Shown: in pieces, positions 1-12,391 of the stretch
Layout of the letters: each line of letters opens with the position of its first letter
Position numbering within the stretch: the stretch's first letter is position 1
NCBI GenBank assembly: GCA_965655095.1
Contig: OZ296652.1
Span: forward strand, 10,912,001-10,976,000
Direction of reading: 5' to 3'
Source of the DNA: Haplodiscus bocki
Taxonomy: Eukaryota
DNA: 64,000 nucleotides
Notes under the pieces: generated by a model
What the model was told of the DNA's origin: nothing
What the model saw: only the letters and a program-made list of their open reading frames with translations
Databases searched by the model: none
Program-made: the position numbers and the translations under genes

Positions 1-1
1 A

Positions 2-1140
2 GTTTGCATTTCGATTGTTGGAGGAGATTCTAGCCAACTTCACACTTACTCAGTGTGTCAATCCATGCCTATGGGACTATTTACAAAAGTCAGCGTTCGA
101 TTCAGATTTTCAGAAAACTAACATTCGTCACAAATTAATTTAAAGCTTCGAAAACAAGGTCTTGGGGTGTTTTCAACGATTGCGACTGGATTGAATAAAT
201 GAGACCTTCCACTTTCCATCAAGAAATAATTGGTTTTTTTTCAAAACAGATGGTTTTTCTGTGGATTACCTATTTTGATACATTAGGTTCCTCACCCCCT
301 GGCTGACTTGTTACTTACATACTACTACAACGAACCCCATTCTTCTTATCTAAACTTGCAAAGATCAATCGCCCATCTTCTGAAAATGATTCTGTTGACT
401 CCAGCAAACACACACTCTAATGCTATTGCAAAACAGTGACCCCTGGTTTTGACATACGATCCGACTAGTGTCTTTCACCCTTCAAGACCAATGTTGTTTA
501 TTGCCGGAGAACCAATCATTGTAGGTTTCTTCATCCTGCACTTCGCCAACTTGAGGAAGTAAAAACCTAATAAACTTTGCAGAAAAGGCTTTTCAAAACT
601 GACAAGTACGAAAAATTAGAAAAGGTTGCCGACTCAATTTTTTTACCACTAGCAGGGAAAAATTTTTACCAAAAAATACAAACTGAGGAAAAACAAGAAT
701 GCACACTGTTGCATGGCAAAAACTTTAATGATATGTTCACAGCAGTTGCTTGAAGTTTTCATCCGCGGATTTTCCGTGCCAGACACATATAAAATTTATG
801 ATAAAGAAAGCCCGGATTGTTCCCGGAAGATATATCATGCTCTGGATTTGTGTGTTTGTGTATTAAGATGAACTGCTGTTACAACTCTCTAATCAACAAG
901 TATAAATTAATCAACCTGAAACTGAACAAGCAAAAAGTTGAAGTCAGTGGATATGGACCCATGGAGAAATGTAGAAAAATATTTGTGAAAACAGCAGAAG
1001 TAAATTCTAAAAACCGCGGATTTCTCACACAAAATCGTAGTATCGCAACCTGCTAGCAGACAAGGAAAAGAGTCTCGTTTTTTCAATCCGGAGAGTAAAG
1101 TTGAAGCAGACGGATTCAATACTCTTCTGTTGAAATTTTG
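2..1140 (+). pseudogene. Degenerate Polinton/Maverick protein-primed DNA polymerase B fragment (motif A to C-terminus, internally deleted)
   Basis: Manual translation: VCISIVGGDSSQLHTYSVCQSMPMGLFTK (decayed motif A, cf. GIDASQLYPYSMCQPMPTG), EPIIVGFFILHFA, decayed motif C region (EKVADSIFLPLA), PGLFPEDISCSGFVCLCIKMNCC, KNRGFLTQNRSIATC, KVEADGFNT. Many stops and frameshifts. Confidence 0.75.
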
Positions 1141-1699
1141 GATATCCACAATAACGAGATATTTGTATCGGTATTGAAACTTGTGCAGGCGTATGAAGCC
1201 ATCCGCAGCCGTTGTAATTAAATGCGGTTGTAATGATTGGTTTGATGACTATAATAGAGAAGAATGCTGAAGTGACAACTTTCCTTGAGTACCAAAATTG
1301 GGAGAAAATTGGAAAACGTTTTCTCTTTCTCAGGTAATTATAAAAGCATTCAAGACCGGACAAACGTTCGTGAATTCAAAGGAAACTGAAAAAATTGTAG
1401 TCGCCCGGTTCAGTCACACCCATGTTTTTATCAGTTTTCAGTCAGTACTCCTTTGCAATCTCAAACAGATCTTCTTAGCCGGCACATTAGGTTCAAAAAA
1501 AAGCCGCTATAGTGGTGTTTTATCTTTCTTTTTCGTAAAAAAGGAAAGAAGATATTGAGCTGATAGTTTTCAAAAGAATTGGGCAAACTGATCAATGTGA
1601 CGGCTTCGACGACGAAAATGTATTATTGCTTCCATGATGTTCAAAATTCAAACTGAACCGTGATACCACTTTTGCATTTACTGATTTTTTTAATTTTCA

Positions 1700-1835
1700 T
1701 GTAGCCCAGTGTTTATGACAAAAGGGTGCTCGTTTAAACCACAAATTGCGACTTCGAACCTCGGTAGTGATTGGATTTTTTAAACTTCGTCTAGCCCAGT
1801 GAGTCGGACAACAAGCGCTCTGAAGCTAAAGATGT
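1700..1835 (+). repeat. Degenerate tandem tRNA-like (A box/B box) cassette fragment
   Basis: tagcccagtg...gacaaaagggt...ttcgaacctcgg followed by a second tagcccagtg; resembles the cassettes at 33810-33960. Confidence 0.5.
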
Positions 1836-1899
1836 ATATTGGAAATCTTGTCTGGGCAAAAGTGTTTCACAATATAAACCGCAAACCCTAAACCAATCT

Positions 1900-3700
1900 A
1901 TCTATTTTTGGAAGAACTTTGCAGATTTGCTCCAGTTTTTCTCGTCGAAAATTTTTATAAAAATTGTTCACATGTCATTTGGTGCTACTGAAGTTTTTCT
2001 ACGTAGACAATTGTGTCAAGTTCAATGGAGGTTTCCAGTTGCTTGCCTATGTTCTTGAAACTCATAAAATTTTTCATTTCGAAGCTATTGGGACGTTTCC
2101 TGCTTTTTGGACGCAACTCAAGATATAGGTTCGGTGAAAATACATATGACTCAGGGAAACTTTCTCCGTTTCCGTTCTCGATTCAGGAATGTGATCAAAA
2201 TGGTTCCGAATGTTTTTAGCCAATAATCCACGAGTTGTTCAAAAACTTATAGCAAGTCAAGTGACAAAAAAAAGATGAAGATAAATCTACCTCAATTGAA
2301 TGTATGTTGGATGCGGAGCGACTGCAAGGTAAGAAATTAGAATCGATCGCCAAAAAGGAGGTGTATCTACGCAAGCTTAATTTTGCACTGATAAGATCGG
2401 ATAAAACTAGATGCATTTCACAGCAGAGGATTTCCTGCAGTAACTGTTGAAAATCAGATCCGAAACCATCCCCACTTTTTGAGTTGGTTCAGTAACTTGT
2501 TGAGTGAAGTTGTTAGTGATAGAAAAGACCGTGTTACTGGAAACTTTTTTTTAATCACTAACGGCAAGAAAACGAGCCCAATCTTCAACTGGAAATTGAA
2601 ATCACCCATAAAAAGCACCTTTTGAATTGACTGTTACCCAAATACTGAGCAGAAGGAGGATAAACAGCCAAGTATAGATTCGTCTGAAATACGATGCTCA
2701 CTGACATACGGATGGTTTTACAAAACAAAGCACCATGGTTTTCAAGTGAGATTCAGCTGCAAAATCTTCTCGTAAGTCCTTCTGTTGTAGTAGCTGGAAT
2801 ATCTTTTTTAACTGAGTTAGCCTCAGCTCCTTGCTGATCAATTAGATGCCCAGATCTGGCTATGATTGAAAAGGCCGGCCTGAGGAGAGTAATTTTCGAA
2901 AAAAATTTCATCGCACCAAGGTTTGGTTAGGCAGAGTATCTCCGGCAGTCTCGATTGAAGGTTATCGGAGAGGTGCAGTCTTTTCTCCGGAGAAAAAACT
3001 ACGACATTTGAAAATGATGATATGATAGAGATTTTCCTATTGCTCGGATCATTTCACTTCTGCAAGCTCATCATCTTTGTACAGCTCCAGTTTTTTATTT
3101 TCAGACGGCTGCGATTTTTGCTACTTCTGATTACCTTATAGCGCTTTGCAAGCATTTTTTTCCTGAACAAATACTTTGAGGACATCTCAGCGGTAATCAA
3201 AATGCGTTTAAGGTGGAAGAACTGGCGGTTAAATTTAGTTTTTGAAGTGACTTTTCGGGAATCCAAGACAGATCCAAACGTTACAAGTCTGTTTCTTATT
3301 CATTTTTGTCTGTCAAAATTACCGAAGCGCTGCGTTTCAATGACCTTCCCATTGCAATTCAAAACTGTCAAATTTTACCCTCATTTTCTATCATGAACAT
3401 GTCGATCGCTGAAAATTCTTGAGTCTGGTTCAGCTCGTCCCGATATTATGATTTTGTAATCATAAGTTTTATCTGCAATATCAGACCTCAACGGAACTTT
3501 GGAAGCTTGTTGTTTTGATCTGTTGGTTTTTTGGCATCTTGTTCGGTAGTTCTTGTTTGGGGATAATTTCAACATTTTAGTCTTTTCAGTTTGAGTTCGT
3601 CCATGGACGATTCTTTCATATTGTCGAAAAATGATCTATTGTTTACACAGGAATCACAAAACTAAGAAATATTTTTGAACGAATATTGAAAAAACCAACA
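1900..3700 (-). mobile_element. Old degenerate CR1/L2-like LINE (ORF1 plus APE endonuclease part of ORF2; RT absent)
   Basis: Minus-strand remnants: ORF1 (YKIIISGRAEPDS; LAKRYKVIRSSKNRSRLKIK) and APE motifs (IIFKCRS, PEILCLTKPW, VLFMGDFNF, QQVTEPTQK...DLIFNS). Boundaries approximate. Confidence 0.7.
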
Positions 3701-3939
3701 CTTCCTTCGGTTTTTTTGAGGCACTGGGAAAGAAGGCAGAATAAACACTTTTGACTTTGTAACATGTCCGCTGTTTTTTGAGATCCTTGGCAGAGTCCAT
3801 GAACCACAACGTGTTGCCCCAGTTATCCATCCGTTGAAAGTGGCTCATCGTACCCACTGTTGAAAGTAGAGACTGCTGCGCTTCTTGTGAGAACCATCAT
3901 AAATTTTTCATTTAACCGGAATTTATTTAATTTGTTTTA

Positions 3940-3949
3940 TTATTTTTAA

Positions 3950-3982
<33 letters not shown>
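3940..3982 (-). repeat. (TAA)n microsatellite 3' tail of the LINE
   Basis: (TAT)n run on + strand, ~50 bp beyond the ORF2 stop. Confidence 0.85.
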
Positions 3983-3983
<1 letters not shown>

Positions 3984-4030
3984 ATGGATTTGGTTATGGG
4001 AGTGATCCCATTGAATGTTTAAGTCAATAA

Positions 4031-6938
4031 CTAAAATTGTTTGGGGTTCAGCTTGCATGACACACAACCACAGTTGGGGTACCACGTGCAAGTGTTGTTG
4101 ATATCATAATGGTCGTTGTAAAATTTCCATAAACATTTCGATAGTCTGCCTTTCAGTCCTCGAGTGTCCATGAAGTTCAAATGTTTTTCCATTCTGTTCA
4201 CTATTTTGCAGGTTCTGTAAACGAAGTCGCTTTGCTGGGACTCTTTAGTGATAGTGTGCAGATGGAATAAGGTACCTCTAGTATTTGTAATGGATGTTGA
4301 CTGATTCAGTTTGCAGTGGCTCTGCCAGTCTAGTTCAAATTCGTTGTTTAATATTCGGGATAATGTTAGACAGTCCATTAGCACCATATAATAAGGCAGA
4401 GCTACGACCATCAAAATAATTAATGCGGACTGGTAATCGTGGGATGGCAGAATCCATGTTATTATCCTTTGATGGAACTTTTCGAGTTCGGTAAAACTGC
4501 TTTTTGATGGACACCAGCATTGGCTGGCATAGCAAACTGTAGGTAGTATAGAGGTTTTAAAAACATTTTGTTTGCTTCTGGGTGGCAGAGATGGTGAGAA
4601 ACTTCGTCGAATAAGTTGGTATGCTCTGTTTGCTTTAGTAATGGAATGTTTTATGTGAGTTTCCCAGTTGAGGTTCGATTCAATTTCTAGGCCTAGGTCG
4701 TTTACTAGGCGAGAAGGAGTTACAGTTTTGGTATCCAGTACAATTGGTTCATGACGCGAAGTTAAAAGCGGGAGGAACTGACATTTGGATATGTTTAACT
4801 GCATTTGGTTTGTCGAAATCCTTTCCATAATAGAATCGATGTCCTGACTAAGATCTGGTCTGTCTGATTCAACTGTCAAAATATAGAGTTTCAGGTCATG
4901 CGCGAAGACGTATGCAGTCGAAAAGAAGGTTGAATCAGGTAAATCAATGACGAAAATAAGAAAAAGTATGGGTCCAAGAAGTGACCCTTGAGGAACACCA
5001 CTAAGAACGTGCGCCCACGAGGAAATTTGGTCATTGATTCTGACGGCCTGGCGTCGATTTTGTAAATAGTTGGTGATAACTGCAAACATAGACTTTTGCA
5101 CTCCAAGTGATGATAGTTTGGCCACGAAAATTTTGTAGTTTACTTTATCAAATGCCTTGGCGAAGTCAAAGAATAATAGACTTTTTTTGCTGTTGTCAAT
5201 ATCAAAATGTATATGATGGAGGCAGGTTAAAAGTTGAATAAAGGTTGATTTACGGGACTGAAAGCCAAATTGCTGTGATGACACAAACTTCATGAAATGA
5301 TTATATAGTGGGATGTATTTACATCTCTCATGGATTTTGCCAGCAATGTCTAGCAATGTTACAGGACGGTAGTTTTCTACCTTTGATTTGCTGCCTTTTT
5401 TGAATAAGGGAGTGACAATCCCATTTTTCCATTTCGTCGGGTACTTGCCAAGGCGCTTGATGTTGTTGCAGATATTGTGTAATGAAGAAACTATTGCCTC
5501 CGCTGTCTCTTTAAAAACAATTGGAGGCACATTATCGGGTCCACGACTTTTCTGGTGTTGATATCTTTGAAAACTTTGGCAATCGTACTTTTCTCGATGC
5601 AGTATTCGCTGATGGTACATGTCTGTGAGGGGATTGTGATTGTATGGTTTGAGTCAGCACCGTTTGGATTTACAAAGACAGATACACAAAATTCATTAAG
5701 GATGTCAGCCTTCTCTCTATCGGTGACGGCGCTTTTACCATTGTTTAAAAGTGTAGGAAGAGCTGATCTGTCGGATTTCATAAAGTTGATGTATTTTAAT
5801 ATTGTATCAAGATTTCGACTATCAGAGGGCGATATTTCGTATTCTCTTTTGTCGTTGGTTACTGCTTGTTCTAACTCTTGCGAAAGCTTTCGTACTTTGA
5901 GTATTAAATCTGACGAAGGACGGACGCCACGATTCAGTTTCTCTTTTGCAGTTTCTTTTCTTTTCATAAGATTGGATGTTGAAGGACTAATCCAAGGTGG
6001 TAAGGACTGTCGGTGCTTTGTTCTGATTGGGACGCTTTTCTGAAGTAGATCAATTAACCAGGAAAACCACTCGTCGATCATTACGTCTATGTTACTATAA
6101 CAGTTCGGGGTGAAGGGGGTTTCAGTCATGAGGTTTCGTAGGAGAGAATAGTCACCACGACAGAAACTGAACGCTTTTACTATGCTGGTTTTTGATTCAT
6201 ACTCTTTTTTGCAACTTACGTCAATCATGATTGGAATATGGTCACTTAAGTAACGGTTGCCAGTTGATGCAAAGTGGTTCTTGAAAGCTTCTGAAATTTT
6301 CAGAGAGATTACTGATTCGGGTGAGTTCGTAAAGACAACATCTAACGTATTCTTTCCCACAGTAGGAAAATCAATTAGTTGTGTCCAAATTAAAGATGAA
6401 AAAGTCTGAGCAATTTTGTCTTCGTATTCGTCTGGGCTGCTAAGAGACTCCCAGTCCATGTTCGGGAGGTTGAGATCCCCAAGAATATAACAAGGTTGAT
6501 GGGGTTTTGTATTGCTAATTTACTGAAAAATGTCGTTAAGTTCGTTCTGAGGGATACGATACTTGCTATTGGCTGGAGGGTTGTAAAGACAACAGATGTT
6601 AAGTTCACTATCTTTAATTTCTATGGAGACCCAAAGGAAAGATTCGCTGATTGTTGAGGGAAACTGAGACAAGTCATGCACTGAAAATTGAATTCAGATG
6701 ATATCCCAATGAGGACACCTCCGTGTCTTGACGAGGAATTATTAGAAGTACGTTCTGCTCGTTTTATCGTATATCGAGGAAGGAAATATTCGGAAGAAGA
6801 GACGTTGCTCGTGAGCCAAGTTTCAGTCACACAGAAAATTTTTGGATTAGAAATAAGGATGGCAATGGCAAAAGCTTGACGTCGTTCAAGTCGTAGTAAG
6901 CTTCTGGCATTTATCACCAGAATATTTAGTGGAGTTAG
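4031..6938 (-). pseudogene. LINE ORF2: APE endonuclease plus reverse transcriptase, frameshifted
   Basis: INARS, FCVTETWL, RHGGVLI, NTLDVVFTN, SDHIPI (APE); NYRPVTLL, QFGFQ, FDFAKAFDKV, SGVPQGSLLGPILF, FAHD (active-site FADD with D>H), DLG; C-terminal CTWYPNCGCVSC. Split over ORFs 6621-6917, 5491-6459 and 4031-5620. Confidence 0.93.
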
Positions 6939-7756
6939 TCATTCGGAAACTTGGTATGTGTCCTCTTCCAGAAGCACTTCTTTTGAATCTACGAAGAGTT
7001 TAAAGGATCTGATCTTTATCTTGCTTCGCACTACACCTTTTTCTATAAGCTCACGTCGTTTACGGATGATTTTGTTGTTTCTGTTTATTTCGTCATCCGT
7101 CAGTCCCCGAGATAAGTAGATAGTTCTACCAGCGTAGTCTTTCAATTTTTTTGATTTAGATAGTATTTTGCGAGCGTCCCAATTTGACTTCAGAGTAAGA
7201 AGCAGTGTACGGGGTCGAGCGTTATCGTCAGGTCGTGTTTTCCCAAGTCTTCGCAGTGATTCGATAGGTGGGGTTTCTTCAAGGAAGTTTAGAACCTCCC
7301 TTAATTCTTTTTCCTCGTGGTGGTCAATTTCTGCACGTTTGTTCGATTTTGATTCAGGTATACCATCTATGCGTACCTGGTACAAATGTTGGTTTTTGAC
7401 AGGTTTAGTTTGGATGGGGCAGTTGTGGCAGCAGTTTGCTGTGACGGTGCAGTTGTCATAACAGAATGTACAGTATCTTGAGTTTTGACGGAGTTTTCAT
7501 TAAGCTCCTGGACTTGTTTCGTCAAAGCACTCATCTCACTCTTGGAATTTAACAGAATGTTGTTCATTTTTTTAGATTCGCGGAATTGTGATAGCATTTC
7601 ACGGAAAAGACACAGGACGGATTCTTTGTTCATCTTGTTTAAATGTTTATTCACAGCTTCATCGTCATTTGCCAGAATTTCAGCGACCGTGGGGAAGTAG
7701 TCTTTGGACTGGGAGTCTAGTTGTCGGGGTAAATCTGTTGGGTCCATGTTCACCAA
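6939..7756 (-). pseudogene. LINE ORF1 (coiled coil plus RNA-binding-like domain), one frameshift near 7370-7385
   Basis: ORFs 7367-7756 (heptad-like SEMSALTKQVQELNE) and 6939-7385 (VRIDGIPES, RRLGK, RPRTLLL, IYLSRGLT), typical of LINE ORF1. Confidence 0.8.
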
Positions 7757-8640
7757 ATTCGAAAGGATTCAATTGATGAAGTTATTAGACTGCAAGCGCC
7801 AGTAGTACCTAAGAAGGCACTGGGGAGAAAGAGAAGAACTACTACTTTGACACTAATAACACAAATTAGTATCACAACAATTATTAATTATTGTCTCGTG
7901 GCGAAAACCATATAGGCCGAAGTTGCCATAAATCATTTAAACTTGGCTTGATCGACCAGCTGATTGAACCATTCACACACTCAATGCATCTTTCACTTGC
8001 CAGTTCAGTGTCCTTTCGAGCAATGGTTATCGAGAAATTGTGAGTCAAGCCTTCGCTACCTAATAATTTTAAACTGGTGTACAATGCAACAAGCAGTGAG
8101 AAGCCAAGCAGCTGAAAATTTTCATTTTTGCCCGGAAGCTGCCCTTTGTTAAAAATGCAAGCAATTGTTGTGGCTGTCTTTTTCATTCCAGTGCGGCTCA
8201 TGCTGCAAAAATACGGTACTAATGCGTCTGTAGCAACCACTAAGTTTATTCAAGTCTAGACGGATTGCTTGGAAATCAGAGTTGTGATGTAATAGTCAGC
8301 TTGGTAGATCGTGACTTGGAAGAATAGGTTCGAATCCTTTTAGCTTTCTTTGCTTTAGTGTCTAGATAGTAGTGGCGGGCTGTGTTGACTGAAGTTGACG
8401 GAAATCTCATTTCACAGTTGGTAAGCAGAAGTTGAGCCTCGTCAACTTTTGGATAGTTCTGTCATGCATAGAAATCGAACCGAAGTTCTAGTAAAAGTAC
8501 GTACTGAAATGAATATTTGGCTGGTATATAACTAATGTCAAAAATTGAGATTTACCCCTCGACTACGTTTTTTACTGGAATATAGTATTCTTGTCCAAGA
8601 CGGAGTTTTGTCTTATGTAAGCTTTTAGTGACATTTGGGG

Positions 8641-9587
8641 ATGGATTTTAATTGTAACAGTGTTAATTTCAGACCAATTGCTATGCATAAAGAATTTTTC
8701 CGGACGCGTAATGGATTTACATCTACTCAATCGTCCCATGTTTCGAATGAATGGCCCAATTTGAGTATTTTGTCGAGGAAGAGACGTTCGGAAGATGGCG
8801 AGACACTTCCTAATAAAAGGCAATTGACGGACAGTGAATTTCGGGCTGGTATCTATTTCTTTATTTGATTTTTGAGATTGTTTGGATCGTAAAAATCAAA
8901 GAATGAAAAATGATTTTGGATGATTCCAATCAGCTTTAAAGTTTCTTATTTCTCTACAAGTTTCATCCATCAATCCTGAAATAAATGAAGCAAATCAGCC
9001 TTAAAGTTGGGTAATGCGTAAGCACACAAATCGCCGCGTTTTCTAGATAGTTTGTTTCTGTTCTAGAGTTTTCCAATCTTTGCATTGATACGATTGCCAG
9101 GGACGCAGCAAAGAATCATGATCAACCCTCATCGGAATGCAAACATTCATTGATAAAAAATGAAGAAACAATTCCAAAGGATTCCGTTGGAAGTGAGGAT
9201 CGCGAAATGGACGAACAATCCGGCTCGGACTTTGGATGGATCATTTCAGAACCTCTGAAGCAACAGTTGAAGAAAGACTTCGAAGCTTTAATAAAAAATT
9301 CGGTGTCTAAAACTAGTTTTACTGAAGCAATTCAACCTCAATTGTCAACGTCACTAGCTCTTGTTCCATATATGCCCCCGTTAGAACGAATTCTTAAAGT
9401 CATGGGAGACACTGAAAATACTAATGCAGGGGCGACTTCTTCATCCAGTTCTAGTGATGAAGCTGGTTCGAACAACGGTGCTGTTGAAAAGCCGGGTAAA
9501 GATTCGGCATATTCTACTGATTCAGAGGATGAAGATGAGATGATAAATTTATTGACCACTGGGGTCGAAAGAATGGACTGCTGCTGA
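8641..9587 (+). CDS. Two-exon host gene, CCDC117-like (exons 8641-8848 and 9067-9587; 242 aa)
   Basis: ATG 8641, GT donor 8849, TTCTAG acceptor ending 9066; the phase-1 join gives an uninterrupted frame: RKRRSED...KRQLTDSEFRAEFSNLCI...IISEPLKQQLKKDFE...SLALVPYMPP, acidic tail. The CCDC117 resemblance is recognised by eye. Confidence 0.6.
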
Positions 9588-11822
9588 TTTGTTTTGTTGA
9601 AATTGAAACTTATGTGCCTGCTGAATAGGACCATGAAATTTTAATACGAAATAGTTTACTGGATTTTATACAAGTTTGTTATATAAAAAACATCCTCTGT
9701 TCAAGTTTAAAGCCTAAGCTAAAAACGGTACCAACTTCAAATCGAAATCGAGATTAATTAACCCAGACAATTTTGTGGAATTCGGCAAAGATGAAAAAAA
9801 AATCAAAGTTGAATTTCTCCACAATTACACATTTCTGGGAGATAAATTAGAGCGCTTTTGAAAGGTATTTTATGGAACTTTCATTTTTGTTTGGTGAGTG
9901 TTTTCACCGGGGGCTCTTCTCCAGATGGGTGCGTAATAATTTAGGGTTATCGTCTGATACGCGGCAAGCATTTGGAGAAAAATGTCTTGTGCTACAGAGT
10001 GAATTTGGAAGCAAAAACCGGCATGTTTAATTGACGGGCATAACGGTCCAGCTCCGAACATTAATTCTGTTTGAGTTAGACAAAATGAGAACAGAATGTG
10101 AGAAATCTGACGTGCTAAAGAATATTGGTTTGTGGAAAATTCATTCAGAAGTTAAAAATAAGTAGGCTGTGTTTAAGCAACGGTATGTCAAATAGGGTTA
10201 AGATCACGTTGAACTTCTCCGAACGAAAATACAGAGAGAACAACCTATGCAGCTGGGCATTCATGTGACTTTGGATAAACAGTCGTGCCAACGCAATGAT
10301 AGAACCTGGGAGCGAACTTTTCTGGGTCTTTGACCTGAGGTCTCTATAAGAATGATAGCATCTGTGCATGAATACATGTATCGAGCTTTCCTTATTGTCG
10401 TAAAATTTTGTGAGTTAATCGTAAAAGTAATTAATCCTACAACGAAAAATAGTAATTCTCTTAGTGTAAGCACGCAGGAATACTTGGGGTTTCATAATTC
10501 TCATTTATTTTCTAACAGCGGTGTATCGAAAATCGATGAATTTTTTGGAATGTTCTTCAAATTTCCGCTTCCAAATGCTTCCATTTGTAAAACTTGGATT
10601 CATGTGTTGTTGGCATGAAGAGTACAATAATCTCTGGATTGTCAAATTTTGGCTGTTGTCCGATTATTTAATCACAAGGAGGAAGCCGTTGACTGCAGTG
10701 CTTTGAAAATTCATCCTTCTCCCCTCTTTCCTCCCGGAGCCTTTCGACCGAATCGCTGTACTTTGAACTCATGAAGTATGGGAAAACTAGTATACGGATT
10801 TCTATAGCTTTTAGAGGCACTAGCGAGCAGCAAAATGTAACAACGACTTCGGACACAGGAAAGGAAGTTACCCAAACTCTAAATAGTTAGTCAACGATGG
10901 GCGTGCTGCTCAACTGAAAGCATTATATCTTATCTCAGGCAGTGCTTGTCTGGTTTCGCGTGCAGCAACAAGACGACTGATTCACATGTTTTCCGGCAGA
11001 GGCACTTAATTATATCTCGTAACCTCAAGCACTTTGCTCTGAGGAAAAAAGTTTTCATGGAACCCTACAAGTAGTATAGGTTGGGGAGGGGTTACAGAAC
11101 ACTTTCGTGCTCCCTACAGTATTATAGCAATTCGATGTTCCTATTCTATCTCTGTGGAACCATTTCACGGTCACAGTGTTTATTTTCATTTCTCCTTGAT
11201 ATTGTATTACAAATGAAATACTGTGTGAATACTTAATGTTTATATAGCCGCTACATAAGCCATAAAGATATTCTTTGTGATTGCAGTTCATTTATTTTCC
11301 TTCATACGCTATTCTACCTAATACAGTTGAGCTATTAAACGGTGCTGTTACCCAGATGAGCTGTATATATAATCGATTAGTTTCATTTCAAATCAATGGT
11401 TCCTGTAGTCTCGTGGTTTATTCCACTGGGATTTCATGTAAGTCGCGAATTCTGGACTAGATGGTTTTGCGCGGTAGAACTGGCGCGTTTCCTAAGCAAA
11501 ATTGGAAGGGATTTTGAACTTCTGAATTTTTCTGCCTGTTTCATTTTCGCATCCATTGAGCCTTATTCTCGAATTTCAGCTCCGAAACTAAATTGAAATT
11601 CAACTCTTTGCATTTCAGAGGATCAAAACCAACCGATGTCATAAAATACTACTTTTGTTCTCATTACTTTTTCGCAATCCCTTTTCAGTTCAACGGCTCT
11701 TCTCTCAATTTTTCAACAATAACTTTTACTAATTCGAATTTTCTCGCCAGAAAAAGACAGTTTTATCTCATAAATTAATATTCGGTATTTTTGAAATGAA
11801 ATGAGATGTTATGTATAGACCA

Positions 11823-12230
11823 TTAACCAACTTCAATATAATCAGAATTATAAATAGTGGAACTTCTAACAATAAATTTGATTGAATTGTTCATTCCAAG
11901 AGAGAGACGACTTCTGTCTCTGACTGCGATTGCTCGTTTCTCTGACTTGATGCGAGACAGAGGCGCTTCTTCTTCATCGGTGATGTTCTCTTCACCCGCT
12001 TCCCTCTTGCATGCATTTTTTGATATTTGTTCAGTTGAACTTGATAAACCTTGTTGCGGCTGAATATGTTGGATACGATCTAGATATCTGTTATAATCCA
12101 TGACAATTTTCATTATTTCACAGTGGTGTATCGTCATGCCCTCGCCGTCTCTTTCGAATGTCCCATTTTGTTTGTTCGTCTTGTATTTTCGCAGTGTAAT
12201 GTACACGGCCTTTCGAATGTGTACATTTGA
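11823..12230 (-). other. Open frame with a possible helix-loop-helix-like segment
   Basis: IRKAVYITLRKY...HCEIMKIVMDYNRYLDR resembles HLH helix 1/helix 2; no clear start or splice sites. Confidence 0.25.
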
Positions 12231-12391
12231 ATTATATACGTACACATACACGGAAAGCTGTATTCGTAGCTGAAACAAATATCCAAATTAAAACTTTTAA
12301 TTGCCTCGCAAACATTCGTTTCCATTGCAAATCTAACAAACATAGTTAATACATCCAGATTTCAATGAGTGGTCTTATTAATAAGTTAATA

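Larger units (their letters stand above)
3940..7870 (-). mobile_element. Near full-length CR1/L2-like LINE retrotransposon (ORF1, APE-RT ORF2, (TAA)n tail), inactivated
   Basis: ORF1 at 7756-6939, ORF2 at 6938-4031, short 3' UTR and trinucleotide tail; 5' boundary approximate. Confidence 0.92.

Noticed and set aside
6885-6942. ATGA start-stop overlap as the ORF2 start
   Set aside because: That ATG opens only an 18-codon frame that is not the APE frame in this copy.
5555-7776. Plus-strand ORFs over the LINE (5555-6043, 7168-7461, 7485-7700)
   Set aside because: Antisense shadows of ORF1/ORF2.
7801-7856. AGTAGT...ACTACT pair
   Set aside because: No extended TIR and no matching 6-bp flanks; lies in the LINE 5' region.
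3920-7895. Target-site duplications for the LINEs
   Set aside because: Only AT-rich low-complexity similarity at the flanks; no unambiguous duplication, nor for the 30712-32210 copy.
10600-10890. Candidate first exon of the PDZ gene (ATG near 10771, GTTAGT near 10886)
   Set aside because: It would end in phase 1 whereas exon A begins in phase 0; no other support.
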